Below, in pieces: positions 1 through 16,803 of a stretch of 47,256 nucleotides of DNA (position 1 is its first letter; each line of letters opens with the position of its first letter). The stretch is from Neoconidiobolus thromboides FSU 785 (lineage: Eukaryota; Fungi; Entomophthoromycota), in contig MU626413.1 in the NCBI GenBank assembly GCA_025603075.1, positions 1-47,256 of the forward strand, written 5' to 3'. The position numbers and the translations under genes are program-made. A model generated the notes under the pieces. That model saw nothing but the letters and a program-made list of their open reading frames with translations, did not search any database and was not told the DNA's origin.

Positions 1-51
1 AATTAAACAATAAGAAAAGAACTATACCTTAGTTCTTTTAAGACTAGACAT
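1..51 (-). CDS. Probable first exon (MSSLKRTK) of a gene running off the left edge
   Basis: Minus strand ATG at 51, 8 codons ending AAG, then donor GTATAG at 27. A CCAAT-rich region lies just upstream. No homology can be assessed. Confidence 0.35.
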
Positions 52-164
52 AGTTAAAGTAGATAAGCGATAAAATTGATTAAATTTCAATAAAAACATT
101 TTTTTTTGCTTTTAACCACCAGCTTATTTTTATAGTTTCTGATTTGGTAAATTTTGTTTTTTTT

Positions 165-272
165 GTTAGCCAATCAACTACGAGGCTGATTATTTAGAAA
201 AAGAGGAACCAATCGACGTGTTGGCTTTCTATTTTTAAAATTTCCTGCTTTCTGCTGGTTGAGCCAATTATT
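165..272. promoter_or_regulatory. Cluster of CCAAT boxes
   Basis: AGCCAATCA, AACCAATCG and AGCCAATTA within ~100 bp in a locally GC-richer patch, 115-220 bp upstream of the putative minus-strand ATG at 51. Confidence 0.35.
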
Positions 273-2350
273 TTTGTCAAAATGATTTGGAATAAAAACG
301 CGTTTATAGGTGCAAATAACGTGTTTTTAAAAGTTACATGATATAACAGTTCACTAGTAAAACCCATTCAAAACTACAATGTCTATAAAACAAGCTGTAA
401 AAAATACATTGAATACATTTTATTTAAAAAATATGAATATAGAATCTTTTAATTACTAGTCTATCTCTTTTCTGCCAGCTTATTCTCAAGTTCGATTCAA
501 CTTTGGTCAAATCTACTCAATTTTTGTTTTAGACTGTCCTTATCCAATAATATTTCATCTTTTTTGACTCCTTAGATGGGTAAAGCTTTCTAAAAGCTGA
601 GTTGAAGTTGATGACCTCATAAATTAATAGAAATTTTTAAAGTGGATTTTGCCACTGAAAAAATGAAGAGTGGACAAGAAATAAGATAGTAAATATATAA
701 TAGGTATGACATCTCATTGAACATACTTTAACGTTTAAAATATTGTTTACGATGAGTATGTTAAATTCAAAGAAGAGTAATTTGGTCTTTAAAAAGGTAA
801 AAGAAAACAACCAGTAAGATTCTATTAATTCGTAAAATAGCTTATGAGATCATTTTTACATTGTTACCAATTTTTTAACACAGACCTAGACATTTTTCTT
901 ATTTAATGAGTGCGAAGATAGAAAAGGTCGTCATCATAGTTAAACTCAATAAATGAAAATTTGAAAATGTCTAGTACTATATTTTAAAATTATGTTGCTA
1001 ATTTTTTTTATTCTGTTTATTTTACTTTTTTATAATTTCTATGCTTTAGATTCTGATAGAGTAAAAAAGCTAAAATATGACAATAAACTGTACAATTAGA
1101 TCTATGTTTCAAAACTTTTATTTAATTTTAAAAGGACTAGAATTTGATAATGTTTCAATTTAAAAATGTTTGATTTTAGCATTTTATTACTAAATTAAAG
1201 TCAAATCATTATTAAGTCGGAATTTAGATTTTTATAGACTATATAAATTAAATAATATAACTACTATATTAAATATGTATATATTCAAGATGAAAAGTAG
1301 TAATATAAATAGTACTTAACAATAATAATTTGTTGCATAATAATAATACTAATATGATCAATTGTTATCCCCAACTAAAAACAAGCTAAAAAATCTTTGC
1401 TTTTAGTACCAACAAAAAAAGAGGGGACAATTATAAAATCCAATTTACCAAAATCCAAGGCTCTAAATTGAATAGCTGTGTCTATTGAAAATAATGTTTT
1501 AAACCTTAAAAAATAATAGTTTTATTAACCTTAAGATCGAAGTATTAAATTAAATGAGATCTTAAATTAAAAAATTAAACTAAATGATTATCTCCATAAT
1601 AAAAAACACTCATCATTTTTTGTAACAAAATAAAAGACTATATTAATCGGAGAATAAAAAAGTATTAAACTTACCAACTTGAGTAAATAATTTAATTAAA
1701 TATTTATAAAAATACAACAAACTTTTGTAACAATTAACACTTCTGTAAATATTAAAACATGACAACCATCCTATTAACGGATTTAAAACTATTTTAATGC
1801 TATTAACTTTGATAGAATCGAGATTTATTTAAGATAAAATAAGATGAGTTAATATTAAACCTGCATAAATTACCAACCAACTTGATTGCAACTTAAAATT
1901 TTTCATAAAAATGACTAAAAGCGTGCATAAAAATTAAGGAAAATTGGTAAAAGGGGAAAGTATGGGGGAATAAAAAGAAATAAGCTATAGATCAAAAGAA
2001 AAAAGAGCATCAAAACATATCGTTAGAATCAAAGAAAAAGAGTATTTGATTAGTTGAATGTGGAAAAAGAGACGAAAAATAATTAGATAATACTATTTTT
2101 TACTACTGGGTTATAAAAATTTCCAAGGAGGGTAAAGAAAGTAAGTTAGTTAAAACCTATAATGCATTTAAAATCTCATTTTCATTAGTGGTACCTCGAT
2201 TCAAGCACAATGTATATAATTTTATATTCATTTAATATGTGAAATGTTAAAAGTATATAAGAACCAAGGAATCTAATATATGTGATCTTTGATTTTATTC
2301 AAAATAAAAAACAAAGCATAACTCAGATTTTATAATTCATAATTAATAAA

Positions 2351-3280
2351 ATGATGATCAACACTAAGATGAATAAAACTTCATTCATGAAGACAATGAA
2401 AAATTTGAAGCCGTTTGGACGTAAACAAAAGAAGCGATTCCTCGAAGGTATTGTAGTCCAAAGCTTAACAGGGGATACGATTATGGTAAATAACCTCTGG
2501 GAAAATAATACAGTCATACTAAAAGTGTTGAGAAGATTTGGTTGTCCCCTATGTCGATATGAATCTCGATTACTATCTGACCTTAAGCCATATTTTGATG
2601 AGTTGAATGTCAAATTAATTGGTATTGGTTTTGAAGAAGTAGGTTTACAAGAATTCATTGATGGTAAATATTGGGATTGGGATTTATATTTAGATACTGA
2701 TCGTGCAGTACATAAAGCATTAGGGTTAACAAAGATGTCGATTGTACAAGGATTATCTGATTTACTTACGTTTGCTACAAGGACTGCTGTAAAAGCAGCA
2801 AACTCTATTGGCATCTCAGGAGATATTTATGGCGATGGATTTCAATTAGGTGGTACATTTATCGTTGGGCCTGGAAACACTGGTTTATTATACGAATATC
2901 GACAAACTAGTTCAGCTGTTTTTCCTTCTATTAAGGAAATGTTTAAAATTTGTGGTGGAGATCCTTCCATTATCGATGAAGTTAGCCCACAAGAATGCTT
3001 ATTTTATACTGAATCTATTGCACCTAAATCAGTGGCCAATACTGAAGCTTCTTCAAAGAAATCATACAGAACAGCTAAATCTGGGTCTATCCTACATAGT
3101 AGAGTTGAATCTACGTCTTCCAATGAATTGGATTCAATCTTAGATGATTTAGATGATGTTGGTTTACCATTTAATTTCAATGATGTGGATAGTGAAGTAA
3201 GCTCGTTTAAGAAGAGTAATGTAATGTCTTATTATAGCGATGATGATTCTGATGATTCCGATTATCTCTCTGCCTCTTAA
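2351..3280 (+). CDS. Peroxiredoxin-like 2 (AhpC-TSA_2 / FAM213-type) thioredoxin-fold protein with acidic Ser-rich tail
   Basis: Intronless 309-aa ORF with family motifs RRFGCPLCR (CxxC), LIGIGFE, LYLD and GDGFQLGGTFIVGPG. Confidence 0.85.
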   Translation: MMINTKMNKTSFMKTMKNLKPFGRKQKKRFLEGIVVQSLTGDTIMVNNLWENNTVILKVLRRFGCPLCRYESRLLSDLKPYFDELNVKLIGIGFEEVGLQEFIDGKYWDWDLYLDTDRAVHKALGLTKMSIVQGLSDLLTFATRTAVKAANSIGISGDIYGDGFQLGGTFIVGPGNTGLLYEYRQTSSAVFPSIKEMFKICGGDPSIIDEVSPQECLFYTESIAPKSVANTEASSKKSYRTAKSGSILHSRVESTSSNELDSILDDLDDVGLPFNFNDVDSEVSSFKKSNVMSYYSDDDSDDSDYLSAS

Positions 3281-3838
3281 TTGAGGTGTTTTTTGTATTA
3301 GTTGTGTTTAATCTTGTTATTTATTAATAAATATTTTTGTATTCTTATATATGATTAATACCATGTATATTACTGTTATTGAAGTTATCTGGTGTTTAAA
3401 GAATGTTTTTATAAACATACAACTTTATCTAGAAATTAAAAATATAATAGAAGTGGAACTAAATTAAGCTATTCATTGATACATTATGACAAATTAGAAT
3501 TATTAAAATTAAAAATTTAAATATTAATCTTTTTATCATTTAAAATATTATTTGCTTTGCTTTTGTCTATGTTAGTAAAATGTAATAAAGTTAATAATTT
3601 TACTATATTAAATACATCAAAAAAAACATTAACTATAAAAACTTCTGATCAAAATTTATCAGAACGCCTTCAATTTTATAGCTTTGTTCATCTTTTACAC
3701 GACATATACTACCAAAATCTAAAAAACTTAACTTCTCACAACTAATAATCAACATAAGGATATTCTTATTAATTTCAGTTACTTTTTCCTTTTTCCAAAG
3801 CTATTGAGGGAAAAAGTAAATGAAATCAAAAAACATAT

Positions 3839-3936
3839 GAAGATGTTTTTTTTGATTTCATTATTTTTCCATTTTTTAAGCGCTATTTGAGTAGAAAGAT
3901 TGTTAGTAAAATTCTTAAACAAAAAAATACATCCCC
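3839..3936 (-). mobile_element. MITE copy a (~98 bp, inverted orientation)
   Basis: GAAGATGTTTTTTTTG...AAAAAAATACATCCCC flanked by ATAT (3835-38) and ATAT (3937-40). Reverse complement matches the other copies. Confidence 0.85.
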
Positions 3937-4199
3937 ATATTCATTTTATTTTTTATTTTTGAGCAAATTCGAAAAGCAATAAACATGACTGCTTATAATC
4001 AGTGAAATTTCAATATATTATGTTGATATTATGCTTCAAGAGGTTTATTCTATGATGTATCCTATGCTGTATTCTGTATTGTATTCTGTGCTTATAAACT
4101 TATCGCAAATACTGATAGATGTTGGGTCTACGAAATTTGTACTAACAAATATCGTATAAGAGTTTATTTTATAAAAGTTGGGCATTTGGGTTAGAATAT

Positions 4200-4295
4200 G
4201 GGGGTGTATTTTTCGTTTAAGAATTTTGCTAATAATCTTTCTACTCAAATAGTGCTTAAAAATGGAAAAAGTAATGAAGACAAAAAAACATCCCC
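4200..4295 (+). mobile_element. MITE copy b (96 bp)
   Basis: GGGGGTGTATTTTT...AAAAAAACATCCCC with ATAT on both sides. Confidence 0.9.
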
Positions 4296-4806
4296 ATATT
4301 TTGTTATTTCTATAGATAAATAAAGTCTAGTTTGTTTGTTTTATATAGATGTACTATTTTTGAAAATAAATAAGCGGATGAGGCGGATAAGGAGACCTGA
4401 GAAGTAATATGAATATGCGTAAGCCATCTAAAGCTGTTTTTGATTGATATGAATAGAGGACACTCATTCCTATTACAAAACCTTACTATTACAAATTTCA
4501 TAGGAAATTCAATGATTAATTTTTGAAATAAAATTAAAAGTCAAATACGAAAATTTAAGTCAATGTATGGATCCTCTTTGTTATAATAATAAAGTATTGT
4601 TTATATAATACTGATTGAAACGAAAATTGTAATAGGATGATAACCGATTTCGTTATTGATTTTGTTCTTTTTATTTTTTGAATTTTTAAGATGATTTTAT
4701 ATATTTCATAAGTTTCTAAATTTGGAGTTTTATATAGAGCTATTTTGGTTAAACAATCATGAAGGTTCGCTATATTGTATCTTAACACATTAGTTTAATA
4801 ACTAAT

Positions 4807-4904
4807 GGAAATGTATTTTTATGTTCAAGAATTTTACTAATAATTTTTCCGCTTAAACAATGCTTAAAAGATATAAAAAGTGATGAAGCCAAAAAAACAT
4901 CCCC
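4807..4904 (+). mobile_element. MITE copy c (98 bp)
   Basis: GGAAATGTATTTTT...AAAAAAACATCCCC with TAAT on both sides. Confidence 0.85.
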
Positions 4905-6279
4905 TAATAATCATTAGTATATTTTACTAAGATCGAAGATCAATCTTTATATAGTAAAAAATTTGTTTTATAGTAAGGATAGATATAAAGAGTTATTAGT
5001 ATAATGTATTTGTGTAACAGAGTTACTACTAATTTTAAATATCTTGAAAAAGCTATTTACATCAAATTTGATATCAAACTGAAATGAAATAACATTCAAT
5101 AAAGATAAAAAACTTAAAACTTTTACAGAACTTATTTAGATTCAATCGTGTTTTTTTTAAATTCATAGCTATTTGATTTAATTAGGTTCTATAATAATAA
5201 ACAATAAAATACCAAAACAATAAATAATAACGATACAAATCATTAAAGTTTTGATATTTTTATAATCTATACATGTTCGGAATCATATTAATTTAAGTAG
5301 GTCCTAAAAATATAGAACTTGTAAACGGATTTAAATGATTTATATATCTTATTAGAAGTTTATGTTTATCTTTTAATCAAGTATTTAAAGCTACCATATT
5401 GGCACCTTCTTTTGTATCTTTTAAAATATATTCAAAGTGGTTGTTAGCATTGGTCAATATCAAATTGATCATTTTATTATTGTTACTATTATTGAAGTCT
5501 AACTACCTTTTTCCTTTACTATACAATTACGAATTGTAAACTTAGACTCATTATTCACTGTATTTTTTCTAGCTATGCTTAATAAACCTTTGCTACTTGT
5601 GTCTTTTAAAAAATACCTGTTATCATCCTTTTCTATTTGATATATACATTATTTCATGTGTTTTTTTATCTTTTGCTGCCAGATATTACCCAACTTTATT
5701 ATCGAAAATTGTATGCTTCTTTTTTACTTGGCTCACTTCATTATGTTTTGGTGTAGCATAAGTTTTATTGCTGTTTATTTGATCTATTTTCCTGTAACAA
5801 ATAATTATTTATATATTGTCTAAATTCAATTAAATTCAATTTGATTATATATTTATATCCCAACCTTTATTTCGTTTTTAAAGCACTAATACTAACTTTT
5901 CTATTTGGATTATTAGATTTTCCTTTAGCTACGCAACCATGTCCATTACCGTTATGCGGAAAACGAAGCAACTGTCTTGGAAACCATGAGGAAGAGAATT
6001 GGCATTTCTGGTTTAATATGACATGTAGTCAAGAAGTTAGCTGCTCAAATAATATGTTTTTAAACTATTATATAGAGCAAAAAACTATTCTTATTCATTA
6101 ATTGTGAGTATTTAAAAGTTAATTGTAACTTAAAGAGTTGCATTATGCCATTTGTATTAGATCATTCGCTACGTCTCAACATACTTTTATTCAAATTGAT
6201 TTGTCTGAAGATAACTTGTCGCAACATCATCAAGGATTTATCTATAGATAATTTCACCTTACAACTATAAAAAACATAT

Positions 6280-6366
6280 GGGGTGACTTTTGGGGATTTT
6301 GATAATTTTTCCACTCAAATAGTGCTCAAAAAGTAGAAAAAGTGGTAAAACCAAAAAAACACTCCC
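6280..6366 (+). mobile_element. MITE copy d (87 bp, diverged, internal deletion)
   Basis: GGGGTGAC...CCACTCAAATAGTGCTCAAAAAGTAGAAAAAGTGG...AAAAAAACACTCCC with ATAT on both sides. Confidence 0.75.
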
Positions 6367-7326
6367 ATATACTATATCTGCCTTAATCAGTATTTAATAT
6401 TTTTAAGCTGCATAAATATTTGCTGAACCATAGTGAATAGCATAATATCATAGCCAAACTATATTTGGGCTTTGCCAAAGAAATTTTTATTAACAATTGC
6501 AGCAGAAATTTATCTTGTGTAAAATAAGCTTTGCTTTTGTAAAAATATTAACACTGTTGTAGTTCTTTAACTACATGATCAAAGCAATGTTTTTACTAAG
6601 ATTCCTTTGAAAATTTCAAGTTTTAACTATTTTCTAAACAGCATAAAACGTGAAAAATTAGTCATCTATTACAGAAGTAAAAAACAAAGTACTAAAATTT
6701 TAACTAAGTCTTAGTTTTGAATTAACTCTAGTAATACCTCAAACTTAAAATTTAAATTTAAACCACTCAATAACTTTAATCTTTTGTTAATTCAATAAAG
6801 CCAATATTAACTAAACAATTCGAATTAATAGACCTAACGAAGCTGCATTATAAACATACATCAATTATTACCATTAAAGGAAAAGGAGACCACCATCTAA
6901 CAATCTCTCTTCTGTATAAAATCATTAAAAACAAGCTCAATCGTTGCATGCTATCTCCGATTTACTCATCAAAATTGGACTTGATAGATTTATCGAATTA
7001 ATCCCCGTTATTGGAGATATTACAACTTATATTTTATTTATAATATTAATTTTCTTAATTAAAGACTTAAATTTACCAAAATATATGAAAATAATCGGTA
7101 CAAAATTCCCCTAAAAAACTTCAACATTGTTCAACAATTACTTTTATATACCAAAATGCAAAAGGAATTATTGAACAATGTCATATAATGATTTTGAACA
7201 CTAAAAGATTATTCTCAAGTTTCTTTTGTCTAAGCAAATTCTTCAAATTTAACAAATGATTCGATTCGCTTAAGAAACTTAAACTAAAAACTTAATTTTT
7301 TTAACTTAATTTTTTAACTTTTTAAA

Positions 7327-7674
7327 ATGTTAATGAAAGCCATAGTAGATAGTACCAGACGCGTAACAAGGCCCTTAGAAAGAATTGCTGTATCAGCCTA
7401 TTCAACTCAAAAAGTGCAAAATTTGCCTAATAAACAACAAGTATTGTCGGTGTATAAACAGCTTTTAAAACAATGCCAAAAGTTTAATGGCTATAACTTT
7501 CAACAGTATGGTTTGCGTCGTACTAAGGACGCTTTTAGAAGTAACAAGGACTTGAAGGATAAACAAGAGATTATAAATTGTTACAACAAGGCTTTAGAAG
7601 ACTTAGAGGTGGTTAAAAGACAAACGCTCATTTCCTCTTTATTTGGTGCTGATAAACTAGTGATTGAAAAATGA
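7327..7674 (+). CDS. ISD11: LYR-motif protein LYRM4/Isd11 (Nfs1 partner in mitochondrial Fe-S assembly)
   Basis: VLSVYKQLLKQCQKFNGYNFQQYGLRRTKDAFRSNK...LEVVKRQTLISSLFGADKLVIEK matches the Isd11 pattern (YNFxxYxxRRxxDAF; RQxxISxxF; KLVIE). Confidence 0.88.
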   Translation: MLMKAIVDSTRRVTRPLERIAVSAYSTQKVQNLPNKQQVLSVYKQLLKQCQKFNGYNFQQYGLRRTKDAFRSNKDLKDKQEIINCYNKALEDLEVVKRQTLISSLFGADKLVIEK

Positions 7675-8549
7675 TATTAAAGTATGAATTTAAATGAGAG
7701 GTAATAGAGATTTAATATGCTTTTTTTGTTTTCTTTAAATAGATATTTTTTATTACTACTTTTAAAATTGTTGATAGAATTTAGAATTTAAAATTACATT
7801 TTTGAATTTATTTTAAAAAGTGATAAAAAACTTAGGATTAAAAGCGGATCCTATACTTATTCATTATTCTTATTTTATTTAACCTTACTGAAAGAGTTCA
7901 TTTTAAAGATCAACTAAGATCACCACATTTAATTTGGCATCATTTTTAGTATTATCAATTAAACTTAAACGCATTCATGAAGACTTAAGAATGCTATAAA
8001 CATTATCCTTTTTATTTAATTATATAGCTTTCTTGTTTTTCAAAATATCACTTCAAACATCCATAATTTTTCAATCTATTACTCGATTATATATATTAAA
8101 TCAATAAGCATATAGTGATAGTTTAAATAATTGCTTTTATCAGATTGTATTTTTTTGCTTAGTCAATCTAAAATTTTGATTTTGGGCAAATCTATAGCAA
8201 TTCAACAAAATTGGCCAAGCTATTTGTGTGGACTGGTTTATGCCATATCCAACATTGGCTCAAGATGGGAATATTAGCTGCAGGTAAAAATAGAATAAAA
8301 TATAGCCAAAGTTATTAAGCAAGCATCTGGTTTAAAAAGTCCTACTTTGGAAATGATATTGAATTCAAAACAAAATGTATTCTGATTAAAGTATATCACT
8401 ATAATACAATCGATGACAATATTCTATATGTTTAATAATGTATATAGTATATTGATGATATAACAGTTAAGCTATCGATTCTATTATACATTCATAACTT
8501 AGTGAATTAGCAGTATTTAGTAATTTTTATGTTACAACTTATCAATAAG

Positions 8550-8556
8550 TGACTCA
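8550..8556 (+). promoter_or_regulatory. Possible Gcn4/CpcA (AP-1-type) site TGACTCA upstream of GCV2
   Basis: Exact heptamer ~440 bp upstream of the ATG at 8993. Yeast GCV genes respond to TGACTC-binding factors. Could be chance. Confidence 0.3.
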
Positions 8557-8992
8557 TTTATTATATTTAATAGGAATTCAATTAATCTAGCTTTGTTGAT
8601 AAACCACTATTTGGATTTTTTTTTATATTTAAGAATCAGGTGATTTAACTAAAATTCCATTCATTAAGAATAATTGAACAATAAATCAAATTGATTTGTT
8701 CAATTAATTTCGAAATATAATTCCTAAACTTAAGTTGCATATTTAGAAAGCTAAAAAATATATAATGCTAGTTAATACTCCTTATTACCTCTTATAGTCT
8801 AAAAAATGAATCCTTGAACATTTAAATATAGAGATTATGTTTTATTTTACTGCACGGTTATTGATTAAAACGACGAATCATTTACTGAGATTATTCAATA
8901 AACCAACCATATTTTTACATCATTAATTAGTGCTACTACATAAGCCTCCTCAACTCTCAATCCTTTCTTTAACTTTCTATTTATCTTTAACG

Positions 8993-11900
8993 ATGCTTCA
9001 TCAGATCTTAAGGCAGACATTTAAGCGCAATTTAATTAGGGCAACTTTATCTCGCGTCCCTACTCTTTCTTATCCAAAATCTTTGCCTGCCTTACGTGCT
9101 CATCATACACAAGTACCGGCACCAAAAGATGTATTTGCGCCTCTCGATACCTTTGTCAATCGTCATAATGGGTCTGAAGAAGATCAAATAAAAGAAATGC
9201 TATCCGCTTTAGGGGTTGAAAATATAGAAACTTTACTTTATCAAGCTATTCCAGATTCGATCCGTTCTGAAACTCTCTCAAGTATGGATGATGGTTTTAG
9301 TGAATCGGAATTAATTAAACGTATTCGATATATCGCGGATCAAAATCAACTTTACCGTAGTTATATTGGTACTGGATATACTGGTACCATTGTACCAGCT
9401 GTAATTCAAAGAAACATTTTAGAATCTCCTGGATGGTATACTCAATATACCCCTTATCAACCAGAAATCTCTCAAGGTCGATTAGAATCCTTACTTAATT
9501 TTCAAACCATGGTAGCTGACCTTACTGGTTTACCAATTGCCAACGCTTCTTTATTGGACGAAGGCACTGCTGCTGCTGAAGCTATGGCCTTATGCTTCGA
9601 TCATTCAAGAAGTAAGAAAAAGACTTTTGTAGTTGATAAGAATTGCCACCCACAATCAATTGCTTGTATTAAGACCAGAGCTGAAGGTTTTGGTGTTAAC
9701 GTTGTAGAAGTTGATCTTAGTAAAAATGACTGGGAAGCACATCTTGGTGAATTATGTGGTGTTATATTTCAGGTAATCATTTGTTTATTTTTATATTGTG
9801 ACATGTTTATAAATTATTACAGTATCCTAATACTCAAGGAAGTATTATCGATTATAAAAAAATAGTTGATAAAGTTCATGAGGCAGGCGCACAAGCCGTT
9901 TGTGCTACTGATTTATTAGCACTTACTTTACTTACCCCACCATCTGAATTTGGGGTAGATATTGCTTTAGGTAGCTCCCAACGTTTAGGTGTACCAATGG
10001 GTTATGGTGGTCCGCACGCTGCCTTTTTTGCTTGTACTGATATTCATAAGCGCCGTATCCCAGGACGTATTATTGGTGTATCAAAAGATGCCCATGGTAA
10101 TACTGCTTATCGTCTTTCCCTCCAAACTCGTGAACAACATATCAGAAGAGAAAAAGCTACTTCAAATATCTGTACTGCACAAGCTTTATTAGCTAATATG
10201 GCAGCTATGTATGGTGTCTACCATGGTCCAAAAGGATTAAAAGCCATTGCTCAAAGAATACTTAACCTTACAGCTATCCTCTCAGCTGCTTTAACTCAAT
10301 CTGGAATCAAAGTATTAAATGGTACTTTCTTTGATACTCTAACTGTTGAATGTAATGCTAAGGAAGTCATCGAACGTGCTCAAAGTAAAAAGATTAATTT
10401 CCGTCATGTAAGTGATAACGCCGTTGGTGTTACACTTGATGAAACTGTGACTCGTTTAGATTTGCAAGATATTGTTTATTGTTTTACTGGTCATAGTGAA
10501 TCAGATTTGCTTCAAGTTGCTAACTCCATTAACGTTAGTGAAACTCAAGGCTACAAAGTACCTGAGAATTTACAACGTACTACACCTTATATGGAACACC
10601 CAGTTTTTAACTCTTATCATTCTGAAACTGAATTATTACGCTATATTTATCACCTCCAATCAAAGGATCTTTCCCTTGCTAACTCAATGATCTCTTTAGG
10701 ATCTTGTACTATGAAGCTTAATGCTACTACTGAAATGATCCCAGTAACTTGGCCAGAATTTGGTAATATTCATCCATTTGTACCTGAATCTCAAGCAAAG
10801 GGATATAAATTACTTATTGATGAACTTGAAAAAGATTTAGCTCAAATTACTGGTTTTCATTCCGTTTCTCTTCAACCAAATTCTGGCGCTCAAGGTGAAT
10901 ATGCTGGATTAAGAGTAATTAAAGCTTATCATGAATCTCGTGGAGAAGGTCACCGTAATATTTGTTTAATTCCAGTTTCAGCTCATGGTACTAATCCTGC
11001 TTCTGCTGCTATGGCTGGTATGAAAATCATTCCTGTCAAATGTGAAGCCAATGGAAATTTAGATTTAACTGATTTAAAAGCTAAAGTCGAAAAACATTCT
11101 AAGAATTTAGCAGCCATTATGATTACTTATCCATCTACTTTTGGTGTATTTGAAGATGGTATTATTGATATTTGTGAATTAATTCATAAAAATGGTGGTC
11201 AAGTTTATATGGATGGTGCTAATATGAATGCCCAAGTTGGTCTTACATCACCAGGTACTATTGGTGCTGATGTATGTCATCTTAATTTACATAAAACTTT
11301 CTGTATTCCTCACGGTGGAGGTGGTCCAGGCGTTGGTCCAATTGGTGTAGCTAAACATCTTACACCATTTTTACCAGGTCATCCAGCTATTCAAAGTAAA
11401 GCTGAACAAATTGGTCCAATATCAGCTGCTCCATTTGGCTCAGCCTCTATCTTACCTATTTCTTGGGCTTATGTTAAAATGATGGGTGGTGATGGTCTTA
11501 AAAAAGCTACTCAACTTGCTCTTTTAAATGCCAACTATATGGCTAATCGTCTTAAAGAACATTATAAAATATTATATACTAATACTAATGGTAGATGTGC
11601 TCATGAATTTATTATTGATATTCGACCATTTATTCAATCAGCTGGTATTGAAGCTATTGATATTGCCAAGCGTTTACAAGATTATGGTTTCCATTCACCA
11701 ACTATGTCTTGGCCAGTAACTAATACTTTGATGATTGAACCTACTGAATCAGAAAGTAAAAATGAAATGGATCGATTCTGTGATGCATTAATTCAAATTC
11801 GTCAAGAAATTCAATCAATCGAAGATGGGAAATATTCACGTGAAGATAATCCATTAAAGAATGCTCCACATACTATGGATATTTTATTACAAGATAAATG

Positions 11901-12093
11901 GGATAAATCGTATTCTAGAAATGTTGCTGCTTATCCAATGGCTTATTTAAGAAAATCTAAATTTTGGCCAACAGTTTCGAGATTAGATGATACCCTTGGT
12001 GATAAAAATTTGATCTGTTCTTGTCCTCCAATGTCTTCTTATGAAGAATCAACTACTACTACTGAAAAGGAACCTATTTCTGCAACTGCTTAA
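8993..12093 (+). CDS. GCV2: Glycine dehydrogenase (decarboxylating), glycine cleavage P-protein; 2 exons (intron 9773-9822)
   Basis: Mitochondrial-like presequence from ATG 8993. Motifs [23 protein letters not shown] and [15 protein letters not shown]. Removing GTAATC...TTACAG joins VIFQ to YPNTQG...[22 protein letters not shown] motif [18 protein letters not shown] is present. Confidence 0.97.
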
Positions 12094-12435
12094 GTTAGCT
12101 TATTATATATTTCAATTTTATATTACTTCTCATTTAATACTTATAAAAAGTTTAAATAAAGCTTTAGTTAAATTTTTAATTACTGTGTGTCATTATCTAC
12201 TTTTTTATTTATTAGATTTTAATATATATTTTAAAATAAAAAACTATAAGCATACAACGAATATAAAATAATAGTTTTAGCCTTTAGACTAGAGTTTACT
12301 ATTTTTAGTATTTCTACAGTTAATTTGATTGGCATTATTTCAATCAAGATTCTAAGCAATTTCAATTATAATCAAAAAAAACTATTGAGTCTAAAACTTA
12401 CATTTGTATTTTTATTGAGGCAATAAGAATAAAAA

Positions 12436-16660
<4,225 letters not shown>

Positions 16661-16803
16661 ATGAGAAGTTATTAACGCGAATAAAATTCAAGACCATTTT
16701 TTTATAATTAAAATTGAATGGAATTAAAAAATGAATTAAAATAATAATAATTATTATTATTATTTAAAACAAATTAATGTTAATATTAACCTAAAAGAAG
16801 GAA

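Noticed and set aside
2323-2814. Antisense 163-aa ORF over the PRXL2-like gene (also 2850-3143 in another + frame)
   Set aside because: Shadow ORFs of a well-supported coding frame, with no motifs of their own.
5300-6101. Possible gene or LINE remnant (TACTAAC at ~5889, Cys-rich ORF 5841-6101, stop-riddled minus frame)
   Set aside because: No consistent exon chain or recognisable domain in any frame.
8180-8360. GC-richer patch with short open frames and a GTAAAA donor-like site
   Set aside because: Frames are too short and conflicting, with no recognisable motif.
9989-11719. Short alternative-frame ORFs inside GCV2
   Set aside because: Overlap the real frame; typical codon-bias artefacts.
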